A stretch of DNA of 63,926 bases, the filler included, from Intoshia linei (Eukaryota; Animalia; Orthonectida), in NCBI GenBank assembly GCA_001642005.1. It is 4 parts of 4 records of this genome, joined end to end, with 100 filler letters (N's around TTAATTAATTAA, not from the genome) between each part and the next. Parts side by side here need not be neighbours in the genome. Positions count along the whole stretch, not along the records: positions 36,585 to 56,879 come from LWCA01000702.1; 3 more parts are not named here. One strand, given 5' to 3'. The notes beneath the pieces are model-generated. The model saw only the letters and a list, made by a program, of their open reading frames with translations, was not told the origin of the DNA and searched no databases. Of the stretch, positions 38,630 to 51,129 are shown piece after piece. How positions within the stretch are numbered: position 1 is the first letter of the stretch; every line of letters begins with the position of its first letter. Position numbers and translations under genes: made by a program.

Positions 38630-41600
38630 CTTTCTATTATAAAAATCATCCTCCTTCAATTCCTTTAAAGCTTTAACATCAATATCAAAGTACAAACATG
38701 AATTTGTAATATACATTGTCCCCTTCAACGTTAATCCATATGACATCATGTGGCAATCATTTTGCAAAATCACATTAGCTAAAATAAAAAATATAAATAA
38801 ATCAACATGCTAAACCAGGACAGGTTCAAAATATCCGACCACACCCAAACCAACCATAAAGATTATAAAAGTAAAAAATAAACCTGAACTAAGTTCCCTT
38901 TGAATAAATAAACTATTTTCAATACTATAAGTATCAACATTAGAAAGAGAAGTTGAACAATTTCTTTTCCCAGCTTGTTGATTTACGGATTCAGTGATAG
39001 AAATAATTGAATTTGGATCATTAACAAATTCACCGGATGAAGTATTATCAGAATTGCTATTTTTAAACACATTAGTGTCAACATTTTTGATATCAAGAGT
39101 AGGATAAAACCCACTCTTGGCGTTCTCTCTATTCTTATTAAAAAAAATATTTGCCTCCTTATGAGAAGACCCATAAATATTTCTTTCAAATTTGTACCTC
39201 CTCCTGGAATTGTCTTGATGGAGAGATAAATAAAAAAACTTTTTACTTCCTCTTTCATTATTAACATTAGAATATCGATCTTCAAAAAAGATTCTCAAAA
39301 ACTCAATTTGATTGTGGACCATATTGAAATTTTGTTGCCTATAAGAAGAAACCATATATTCAATAGTAAGTTCTTGGTTTTTACTGAGATGGAATGATTT
39401 GTTGAATTTTTTATTAAACACGGCATGTTTTTCGACATTTTCAGCAGAAATTTTATTGATAATAAATTCCGCTTCAGTAGCCACACGAATAATGTGATCT
39501 TGAACTGCATACGACAACATTCTACCTTCATTGGCCAATTCAATAAACGATAAACCAGCATGAGTTAACAAAGAAGTTTGCCATTCTTGAGAACAAATCA
39601 ACATGACAATTTGAACGAGTGATGTTGAATCTTCAAAACAATGCGCGGCCGGTGTATAAATATCTTGACCATGAGACCCAATTAACGTTCTAATTAGAAA
39701 ATTTTTATGAGTCTGAAACAAGTATTTAATCAATTTGACTGCTGAAGAAAGAGAATTTAAAATTTTTTCGTGTAGTGCCTCATCCTTGTCTTGGTTAGAT
39801 TCGACCTCTATAGTGACAGTTTTGGGGAGTTTTTCAACATTTTCATTCTCACATTTTAATAACTGAATGGATTTCATTGTAGAAGATAGCATTTGGATAT
39901 GACCAGAAATTGGAGTCTCAGGGTTTTCTTTGTTTGAAAAAGAATTTGAATCATTTTTCTCCACATTTAAATCGAATGTGTTTTGAGTGGTAGGGTTTTC
40001 ATTCTTTATTTGAGTGGACGTTGCTGATGTAGAATCAATTTCATAAACATTTTCTGATTTTTTTTTAAATTTTTCCTTTTCATTGTCTCCAGAATTTTCC
40101 TTTTTAGGGGTATGAGCATTATCTTCCAAAATATCGCGATACCTCGAAACAATCAATACAGACAAAAAATACAAAGTAGACAAAACTAGACCTTGTGTAG
40201 TTTTGACATCAGAAATGTTTTTATTTAAAATAATTTTAATGCGATCATAGTCTGATTTCTGCAAAAGTTGGTGAATATCCAATACATTGTCGTACATTTT
40301 AGTATTTGCCATTTCGAACAATACTACAAGTTGTTTATCAATTATTTGGGATTGTTGGTTTGAAATATCTATATTCTCGCGTTTAAAATAGCATTCAAAG
40401 TAATTTCGCATAGCGGACAAGACAGCCAATCGTAACATTAAACGACTAATCGATCCTTTGGGTAAATGTTTTTCAACTTCCAAACTGGGAAGATAGATGG
40501 CATTGTTTAAAGCGCAAATATCCAATATTTTCGAAAATCTGAGTATTAGAGATACAGCGTGACGGGTTTTAAGAGTTTCTGATCCAAGATCAATCAATTC
40601 TACAGATGCGTTACCAGTAGAAGATATCCCCAAAAGTCCAATTATGCCTCCACATGAATAACTAAATATATCGACCAGTTGAGTCAATACTTGCACAACG
40701 TTGACCATATATGTTACTTCCAAATCAGTAAAAGATTGCGATTCGTCGAGAGGTTTGATATCGTTTTCTATAACGTCGAGCAACTTTTCAAACAAAGTAT
40801 GTTGGATTTTTGACCATTTGAATGGAGGTATACGAAATGATGGGTTTTGTTTATGTTCATCAAAATATACTGCCTTATCAGCCTTATCGTTATTGTCAAT
40901 GCCCATTTTTTTGTCCAATTTTTCCTTTTCTTTTTCAATTTCATACGTATCGTCCACTTTATTCTCACCATCACCGTCACCTTTACGGACATTGTCGTTT
41001 AAATTTAAATTTTCTAAGTTATTCAATGATTCATCTTTCTGATCCTTGCCTAAATCGTTATAATCTTCTAAATTTTCATTACTATGAGTAGACAAGTCTG
41101 TATCATGACTATAAATAGACGATTCAATTTTATCGTAACTTGTAGAATTGTTCCTGAAAGCCACTGCACCAACTCCAGAATTTGATCGATTATTTATTTC
41201 TGACCGCATTAATTTAAACTCGTTATAAGAATCAATAGAATGAATAATTGAAATGGTATCAACCCAAACCCTCCAACCACAATTTTCATACTTTAAAGCG
41301 TGATGTAACAAGACAATAATAATATCAACAATCAATTCATTAATTTTATTCTCTTTATCACAACTAGGTCGCAAAAAGGACAAGGAATAAACCCAATTCT
41401 GCCATACAGTCAACTGCAAAATAAGCCGACGGTTAATTCCAGATTTAACCACCAACCTGTACAAATCTTCCAAAAAAATTATTACAACATCCAACAATTC
41501 AGAACAATGTTCACTTTTACCGATACAAGAAATTATTGTTATAATAATGTCTGGGTTTTGCAACCGCGCATTTTTCATTATGGTTGGGTGCTTTTCCATT

Positions 41601-44600
41601 GAAACAAATGGAGTAATAACGTCAATTAAAATTTCATACAGGACATTATAAACCTTTATATTCAAGAAAGTTAAATTAGTCATTAATTTTTCAGCAATAA
41701 GTGAACAAATGTTGTGTTTCTGAAATGTAACGAACTTGCGTTCCTCTGAACTGTACATTAAAAAGTAGCCAAACAATTTTAACGTGTTATTCCGAATCAT
41801 TGCATCCTTTGACTCTAAAAGTTTAACAACCACTTCAATCACATTTTTATTGGAAAAACTTGGCACACCAATCTCAGGATGGGTACACATGAGTCTAACG
41901 TACAAAATTAAAACATCATGAACATTGTCGTCTTCTTTAACTAACAAGAGATAATTTACTAGGGTTTGAATATCATTATTATGCGGTTTACTAGATGAAA
42001 TAAATTCCAAAGCACATTTTAATAGAATGGATCGTATTTCTTGTAAATTTTCAATACTTGGCCTTTCTTGAGCATTGCATTTAATGACTTCATCGCTTCC
42101 AAATTCTGGCTCAGTTACCCAATAATAAAACCTCAACATGTATAAAATTTGACGCACATAATGATCATGCCTACTTATTGAACTATTGTGTAAAGCGTAT
42201 GGAATTGAAACTCTATACATGTAATTATATAAATTTACTTGAATTTCGGATGACGCGTATATCCACAAATTTGGATTTAAAAAAAAGGAATCTACAAAAG
42301 AATCAATTATCCAACTCGCACATGTTCGACTAATGTATTCGTGAATTTCGAATAGACAATCCAAAACAGAATTTGTTAAAAAATATTTAACGTTGCTTTC
42401 AGTTAACACAACCGACAGGATTGTAAATCCATTTGTTTGAACAAACGAATGTAAAGCTTCGTCTGATGTGAGTATAAAATTTACTATAAATTTCATTAAA
42501 TATTCTGCAATGTTATACTTTGCTGCCAATTCCATGCTCTCTTTTAATTTTAACAGTTCAAATAATGGGTAAATTATTTGAATGCCTCCTATGGAATGAA
42601 AGCATGATAAAGGTAAATTTCTGGATATGGATTTTATTCCACATTTTAAATAAGCGTGAGTCACTGCGTTATTAAAAAAATTACTACTAGGCTCATAATG
42701 TATCGTATTTTCTAAACATAAACTGTTTTCACAATTTGATGGAGAATAACAAAATACCAAATGTCGACTTAATAAATTATCATATATTACTGGTGCCGAG
42801 TTATTAAATGATCGTAATTCTGACTCGGAAACAAAACTTCCTTTATAATCTCTACCCAAACTGTATATTGCTTGAACGTATGATCCAGAAAGAGCTTCAT
42901 TAAACATGTAAACCTAAAATTAAAATAACATTTCACAAAATTTAAAAAAAATTAAAAAAATTACCGTTCCAAGTTGACCACAAAAAGCAGCCTCTCGAAT
43001 AGAATTATTACCAATACAACAATTATCATATTCTTGAACAGTTGAAATAAGCCAGGAATTCTGAGAACACAAAATACACTCTCCATTAACATACAATGTA
43101 ATATTGCTAGTTTTCCATCGACTATACTGAAAAGACAAGTCAATCATGTACCATTGGTTACATTCAAATTTTTTAGGAAAATTAATTTGAAATATTTTTC
43201 CAGGAATTTTAGATATTGTCAATACAATTTCGTTACCAATAAAATAACAATTGTAACCCATATTATTAGACCTTTTCATTAGTCTAAAAAATTAAAATAA
43301 ACTTAAATACGTTTCCCAGTCCTCGGAGGAGCTAGGGATCCCGATCATAACATGGACTAATATTCTAAATTATTAAATAATATTCAAAAAAAATCACATC
43401 CGAAATGTGGCGCGAAAATTTTTGATAAACAAAATTAAAAACGTCAAAACTAATTTAAAATTTCGAGAGCATATAATGTCAAAAGATTAAAATAATTTGA
43501 TTTTTTTAAAAATTGAAATAAATTTTTTAATAATTACGAAAAAATGTAAAATTTTTCCGAATTCTCTACAAATTTGATAGAATTATCCAATTTTATCCAG
43601 CAATGAAACGTCCAACCAGAGTTTTGGTTCCATTTAGTTATAGGTGGCATATCTATTGACTAAATTTTTTAATTAATAAAAATTTAAATTAAATGTAAAA
43701 AATTTTTTATTTTTGTATAATTTTAAAAACTTACACAGCATTTGTAATTTTTTGGAAAATGAAAATAATGTGATGGTTGTTTTGAACTAAATATAATTGG
43801 AAAGGTACGTAGTAAATGCAACGCATTTTTAGACTAAAATTGATTCGAATTACATTTAATTAAGATCAAAATTATAATTAATTTACCAAATTTCCTTCAA
43901 TAGGAGATAATAATTTAATTATACAAGATAATTTTACAATTGTTAAAGAATAAGCCAGGACATGAGATAGTATTTTAATGTAACCATCTAAATATTTATA
44001 TAAAGTTAAAGTCATCTACTGGGTATAAAAAGTTACGTAAATGCCCGCATAATGTATAGAATAAATTGTCCAGCCTATTCTCATATGTATGTCCTTATTG
44101 TCTTTATCAACCTGGATGACTTTTATAATGAATCGTGCGACAATAAGGCAATACATTCAAAAAGAACTATTGTGATATTGAGGGCTGGTATAGTCCAGTC
44201 TGGTCATTACAAACCTACTAATCTCCAAGTTGTTACCGTTGGAAAAAGATATATTAGTCTATAAACAATGAGCAACCTCATAATGGTAATAGACCAAATA
44301 GTAAAGTCTAAAATGAAAAATGGTCTCTTAAAAAATTTTTTAAACCAATTATAATGTCATATAACTCTATTCATCTCTTTAAAACTCTTGAGTTGATATT
44401 CAAGAATTTTTGTAATGCTCAATTTAAAAAATTAAAGCCCCATTTAAAAAAAAATTTCGTTGAGATCCCACGGTAGAAGGATCTCGGATACGGTAGGTTC
44501 GGCACTAGTAGTTCAACATAAGTATGTTTGAAATTCATTTTTTTAATTACGCTATTGAAGCTACCATGTCAAAATTAATGTAAAATTTTCAATTTAAGGA

Positions 44601-47600
44601 GGAATATTTAAATATTACCTTAGTTACGTGTTCACGATTAAGGGGATTTTTTGTGTGACAAGTGGTCCATAGTGAAAAAATTTTGGAAACCACTGGACTA
44701 GTATAAAATTCGATCATAAATAATTTTTTTAAATGTTTTTTATATAAATTTCTAGTGATTTTAACCAGTAAAAACTAATTTTATTATCAATGTTTACAAT
44801 GTAAATAAATAAATGATTTCAGGGGCAAACTGGTCTAAATCTAGCAAACCGCTGCTCGCGGGCATATTTTTGCCCGCTTAGAATTTTAGCTGATTATGTT
44901 CAATATCTATTAATATTTGAAACTTAATTTCAATATGCATTTTAACTTTAGTGGTATTTAGCACGTGCATATTTGCAATTTTAAACTATTTTATCTAATC
45001 AATTTGAATTTCAATGACCAAAAATAAATTATCCTTTAATGATCAATGGATAATCACTTTACAAATCAATGACATTTGAAATTTGTGAATTTTAAGCATT
45101 AAATTTTAGTGTTTTTTAACATTTCAAAATTTGTATGACATGTTATTGTATGAGCAGTAATTTGTTTATATAATAATAATTTATATTGTTACTGCCTTGT
45201 TGTGGTTTGTATACAAACCAATGTAAATTTATGAGTGTAGTTTTTGGTATTTGAGTATACATGAAATTGTCTCGTGAGGGTTAAACATAAAAAAAAGCAA
45301 AATAAACAAAACCGTCTTAAAAAATTAAAAATGTAAATTTTCATCCTACAATTTCAAACAAATGTGAATTCAATTCACATTGAAACACAACACACATTTG
45401 AAATAAAGAAATGTTGGTTTGAATCTCATAAATTGATTCCTTCTGTTTTTTATCATTGCTATGTAGTTTGTAATTTTTAAAAATTTCCAAGTTTAGAATC
45501 AAATGCAGCATAACTTTGTTATATAATAATGAGATTTATTTCAATATTGGAAATATTCACTTGAAACATGTTTGTAAATGTGCTGAATGCTTTATTTATT
45601 GACTAGTTGACTGTTATGTATTACGTACAAAAAGCATCTAGCTCTGCCGAGGGAACATTTTTATTCTACAAAAAATAAATTCAAGTTGAAAATCTAACTT
45701 AAAAAACTATTCACTATTATCAACCCTGGCGTCATAGGAATATCAAAGGAGTGGTTTCCAAACTTGTTTCACGTAGAACCGTCATATCATTGCCTTTTAC
45801 TTTAAAGTGAATTATTCCATCATAATTATGTTTGGTTAACATTTGTGTGAAAAATTTTAAAAACAATTGTTATCCCATTTTTTTTAATGTATTGTATAAT
45901 CTTAAAAAACAAGTAAACAGTCCAATCCTAAAAAATGTCATAAATAGCAAATTCCAGAAAAAATAAAATTGTAAAAACCTATTTTGTTATTTTGAATGTG
46001 ATAATATATATTCAGTAATTGCTTTCGATGACTAAAAAATATAAATTTTGTATCAATAATGTAACGTAATTATAAACACTAGGGTGTCACACGTATTTAA
46101 AAATCTAAGACAAACGGTACGCATCCTGTTAATTTTGGTGAAAAAATTAATAATCTGGAATATTATATTCCAAAAATGCTTATTCGAGTGGGGTTGGAGA
46201 AAAATGTAATTCAAACATTTAATTGAAATTGAATTTAATTTTATTATACAATATTTTATGAATGTAATGACCAAAAGGTGCGAAAATGAAATGATTGGAA
46301 CATATGTTGGTTTTGCATTTAATGAGAGCAAGTTACCCACATTACCCACCCACAATGATGTAATTTGTCATATATTATCATTAAAAAATGGCAATAAAAA
46401 ATTACCAATAACAAAAATTTGTTAAGAAACCGCGAGAAATTCTAGAATTAAACGTCAGAATGGATGCTACTTTAAGTCATCGTTTTATTATGATAAACCA
46501 ATTGATAACAGTATATCGGAGTATCATTATGACGCTGAATTGGAATGTAAAAAGTTTCGTGTGTGTGATTCTAAATTGATATCATTAAGAGGTGCTGGTT
46601 CATTAATGGTAAATTAATTCATTACATTATATAAGTAGATTTAGGGTACATCACATGAAATCAATAGACGAAGGAGAATTTTGAATCGATATAGAGACAT
46701 TGCAGTTGTAGCAATTGACACAGAAACAAAAATAGAAATTGTGTTGGGAGTACGCAAACAGTATGGTTCCAAGGGAGTTACTACGGCTGCCACAGTTTTT
46801 AAAATTTTAAGATTGGAATGTCACTGAAAGAGTTGTTGGTTAAGTTTTGACACAACAACTGCGGCTAATACAGGATGTCGAAATGGTAGTGTAAAATTTA
46901 TTAAAGATTATCTAAATCATGAACCTGTTGAATTGCCATGTCGTCATCACATTTTAGAAATAGTTATCTTATCAATTTACCGTAAATCGTTTGGAGATAG
47001 TTCTCAACCAGATATAAATGAACCTTTTGTAAAAAGCGTGAAGCAGTTATATATTACGCATTTTAACAATTACGATAAAATTCATTGTCCGCCACAATTA
47101 TTCTTGAACGGTATAAACTTTTCAGATGTCATATTAACTCTATCAAATTTACAAAAATTTAAACGGGACGATTACAAGGAATGTTGCTATTTATTGAATG
47201 CTGTGTTAAAGGGTAGTACAGTTAGACTATTGAAACCTGGTGCAATATCCAAGGCTCAATGGATGTCGAGAATAATATACGCTCTTAAAGCGTATATTTT
47301 AAATATTGACAGAACTGAAACAATGCAGTCCTTTCTTATTTTTGTCGCATATGGCTATATATAATTTTGGATGAATGCAGCTACCCCCAAAAATGCCTAT
47401 CAGAATGACGTGAAAATGCAAGAATGTTGGCAGGAATTAAGCTGTAAATCCATATGGCTTAAATCATTGTGACAGTGCATTTAATAAACATGACAATCAT
47501 GATTATTATATAGGTTTGGATATTAAAAAAATTGGAATTGCACCAGTGGTCAATGATCCGGCAGAACGAGCACTTTCAAAATTTAAAAAATGTTCTAATT

Positions 47601-50507
47601 TAACAAAGATTGAGAATCAAATTCAAATGTTGGTATCAACGATGAACGTAAATCTAACTAAACTTTAAAATGTTGATTTTTTCTATGATGGGTAAATAAT
47701 TATTGATATACATGTAAATATATTAATTATATTATTTTTTATCGATTACCTATTGCCTTTGATGCATTCATATTCATTTTTTTGATAATAATTAATAACA
47801 TAATATTAATATATAATATTATAAACCAGAATCATGGTTATACAATTATTTGTCATTTTTTTCAAATAAAGTTCAGTTTTAAATTTTACTTAATATTTTT
47901 ATGTTATATTTAAAATGACCAACCCCACTCGAATAAATATTTTTGGAATATAATATTCCAGATTATTAATTTTTGCACCAAAATACACAGGATGCGCGCC
48001 GTTCGTCCTAAAAATTCTCAAATTTTTGAAAAAATGTGACACCCTAATAAATACGTCTTGACACAACAAATAATTAACGGAATCAGCACTTTAGAAACAT
48101 ATTTCAGATGAACTTTACTAATATTAAAAAGAATTGTAATAAATATAAAAATAATAATAACAAAGTTGTACTTTTATTAATTCGTTGTTGTAGTTTTAAT
48201 TTAAATTTTTAACAGAATTTTTTGAAAACGAGAATTTGACAATGAAAAATTGCGTAGCAATGAAAAAAAATCCGAAGGAATCAATTATATAGATTTCCAC
48301 CCATATTTCTTTATTGGAAATGTATAGACACTCAATACACTTATTTTTTAAAATTGTAGGATGATTATTTACTTTTTCGTTTTTAATTATAATCGAACAT
48401 TTGAAAAATATTGGTTGATAATATATTAAAAATTATTTTTCAATGGGAATGCGTAGATTTCTGGTGTTAAAATTTTGTATTTATATCGAATGGAATCAGC
48501 TCTATCAGAATAAGCTTTTTTTTAATTGTACGACCGTTAATTATTTTAAATTTTTTGAAAAGGTAAAAAATTGAATATTAAAGTGGTGCTTTTTTGACCA
48601 TAAAGGCGTCATTTAATCAGATTGAAATTTTTTGTCTGTGTTAACTGGATTTAACTGCATCATTCGTAATTTTTTTTATAAATTCTAGGGGTGCTTTCAT
48701 TTTTAAAAAAAAAGGGTAATCTGGGTTCTTGACCGTGAAAATTACCTTTTTTGAGGTTACCATTTATCATAATAATTATGAATTTAAAAACAATTCCAGA
48801 ATTTATGTTGTACAAAATTATAAAACTTTCTTAATTTTTACAAAAAAGGGTAATTGGGGGTTTTGACCGTGAAGATATCAGATTTTAAAATTGAAAATTA
48901 TCATAATATTGATGAATTTAAAACTTTTCATTAGAATGTGTAATTTTTATAATTCTAAGGCTGATTGGAATTTAAAAACAAAGGACAATTGGGTTAACCT
49001 TGAAAGACTTACTGTCTGAAATTGAAATTTGCGATAAAACAATACTCTTGAATAACAGTTATAAGAATATGAAATTTGTAAAACTCGAATCTAATTACTT
49101 TCTTAAATAAACTGGAACAAACAAATAAATAAACAGACACACATTTTTAATCATTTTACTTTATATAACTAAGATAAAAAATATTTTTTCGTATCAAAAG
49201 CAATTACTTAATTATATTCAATCACATTATTATTACAGGTATTTAGACTTTTATTTTATATGGAATTCATGTTATTTATCATGATTTTTGGGATATTACT
49301 GTTTGTCTTTATTTCTAAGATTATACACTCATTCTATAACAAATTAAAAATATCAAATCACCAAGTACATAAAATACAAGCTAGTTGAATAATATAATAT
49401 TTTAATGCTCAATTTGGAAAAATAAGGTCCCCCATTTTAAAAATATTTCGTCGAAGCCCCGAAGAGTAGATTCGGTTCCAGTAGGCTCGTCAGAGTGTAT
49501 AGGTATACACTTTTTACTCTCAGTGGGGTACTTCATCTTGTCAATGTAGAATTTTGCCCTCACTCTTGGATCATGGGGTATGAGTCAAAATACAGTTCCT
49601 CAAAGGATTTTACGTCAATTTAGTCTTAAAATATAAAATTACTTGTAATTTTTTCATCCTTTATAAATTTCAAATTGTTTATAATAGTAATGTCAATATT
49701 AACATCACAACACATCTTCAACGTTTGACTGCTTTTAGCTATAATATCGGTGAACATTGATAATAATGCAATCTAATAACATAATTAGTGATCCAACCAT
49801 AAAACAATGAATGAAATTACCGATAAAACATTAGGTACTTTTTGGATACTATCAAAATATGAAATGATGGATTTAGGTGAATGTGGTTCATAATTATCGT
49901 TCATATCAAAGGCACCGTCGACAAGCTAAAATGTAATAAATTTAACAAATAATAAGGTAACAAAACAATAAAAACTAACCTCATTAAGTTGACTAAGAAA
50001 AGAGGCTTTTAAATCATCCGACATATTAAAAGTATCTGAAATGTTTGGATATTCAACATTGGTGGATGAAGGTAAACAGGTGTTTTTTGGTTCTTGTTTT
50101 TTATCATCAAGCTTAACATTATTAATTTCTTGTGATTTACAGTTATCGATTTTAGGTAAATTAATTTTTTTATCTAATGAATTATCTTTACCAATTGAAC
50201 ATACTAAAGCAACTGAAACAGCAGAGGCTACAGAAGGCACTGCAGCAACCGAATCTACTCCATCAATTGAAATGTTATTATTATCGTTTTGATTAATATC
50301 TTTGTTATCTGTACATGAATCAATGTGTACTTGACTTACAACTGGCTCGTTTGGACCTTCCAAAGGATCATAGTCTGTATTTTCATTATTATGGTCGATA
50401 TTTAGAGCATTCAAATCTGTTTCAGAATAAGCATCTGATTCTATATAAGTACTAGTACTATCAGAATAAATTGATGTATCACCGCTTTCTTTCTTATTTT
50501 TAGACAT
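38630..50507 (-). CDS. Neurobeachin/LRBA-family BEACH protein (N-terminus to start of PH domain; BEACH/WD40 exons not in the assembled sequence)
   Basis: Exons: 49980-50507; 49821-49925 (LVDGAFDMNDNY); ~49643-49773 (SMFTDIIAKS); ~43887-43988; ~43736-43833; ~43536-43660 (PPITKWNQNSGWTFHCW); 42965-43283 (ConA/LamG-like, FCGQLG); 38884-42913 (HSIGGIQIIYPLF, LQLTVWQNW, GWRVWVDT, VMLICSQEWQTSL...GLSFIELANEGR); 38630-38778. A possible further exon at ~37672-37712 reads NQLLKTENLFKR. Confidence 0.93.
44300..44695 (+). mobile_element. Partial composite hAT MITE, relative of 54632-55351
   Basis: Ends GTGGTCCATAGTGAAAAAATTTTGGAAACCACTG; the internal sequence is collinear with 54855-55351. Confidence 0.75.
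45603..49174 (-). mobile_element. Helitron (second 5'-end subfamily) interrupted by a hATm-like element
   Basis: On the minus strand it starts A|TCTTAGTTATATAA at 49174 and ends with a degenerate hairpin and CTAG|T at 45603. Confidence 0.8.
46080..48046 (+). mobile_element. hAT-superfamily (hATm-like) element with long TIRs and a degenerate transposase
   Basis: ~120-bp imperfect TIRs TAGGGTGTCACA...CGAGTGGGGTTGG / CCAACCCCACTCG...TGTGACACCCTA; TSD ATAAACAC/ATAAATAC. Peptides FDTTTAANTG, LPCRHHILE (CxxH), KPGAISKAQWMSRIIYALK and VVNDPAERAL, with stops and frameshifts. Confidence 0.85.
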
Positions 50508-51129
50508 CGTAAACAGATGTTTATATAAAATTTAGTTACTATAAAAACAATATAATTGAATGCAATCTAATTTAACTATTCGTTTCAATGCTACAAGTTA
50601 CAAATTGTAAAATTTATATATATTTTAATTTTTATTTTCAAATTAATGTAGACTGGTTACTAAATTTATTTCCATTTTTCGTTAATTCATGCTGTCTTTT
50701 ACGTGTATTCATTATGAAACCACAGTTCCCAATGATTATATTTTATCAATTTGGGATACATTCGTTTCTTTTCTTTTTGTCACAATTTTGATTAACTGGA
50801 TACACTTATTTTTTATTTGCATGAATTATTATTTATAGCAGATTACATGTATCATTTCACTACTTTTCAAATTTTAGAAATTAAAGTTTACAATTTTTTT
50901 ATCATTTTAAAATGTAAGTTTGGTATTTTGACATTTGATAAAATTTAAAATTTTTTCATAAGTGATTACCAAATTATAAACACGTGTTGGATAAATTTAA
51001 AATTAATTACAATATAATATAGTGTAATCAATATCACAAATTTTTATTCATATATTTTCATAAATAATTGTTTATTTATATACACGTTTGTATTTTTATT
51101 TACGAAAATTTGTTATATAGCAACTATAA

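Noticed and set aside
34693-38630. Possible neurobeachin-P450 reductase fusion (same strand, complementary missing ends)
   Set aside because: An unsized assembly gap lies between them; missing sequence is the simpler explanation.
38983-39561. Alternate-frame ORFs overlapping the neurobeachin exon (also 40768-40992, 42961-43143)
   Set aside because: Short off-frame ORFs with no recognisable motifs, expected by chance within a long coding region.
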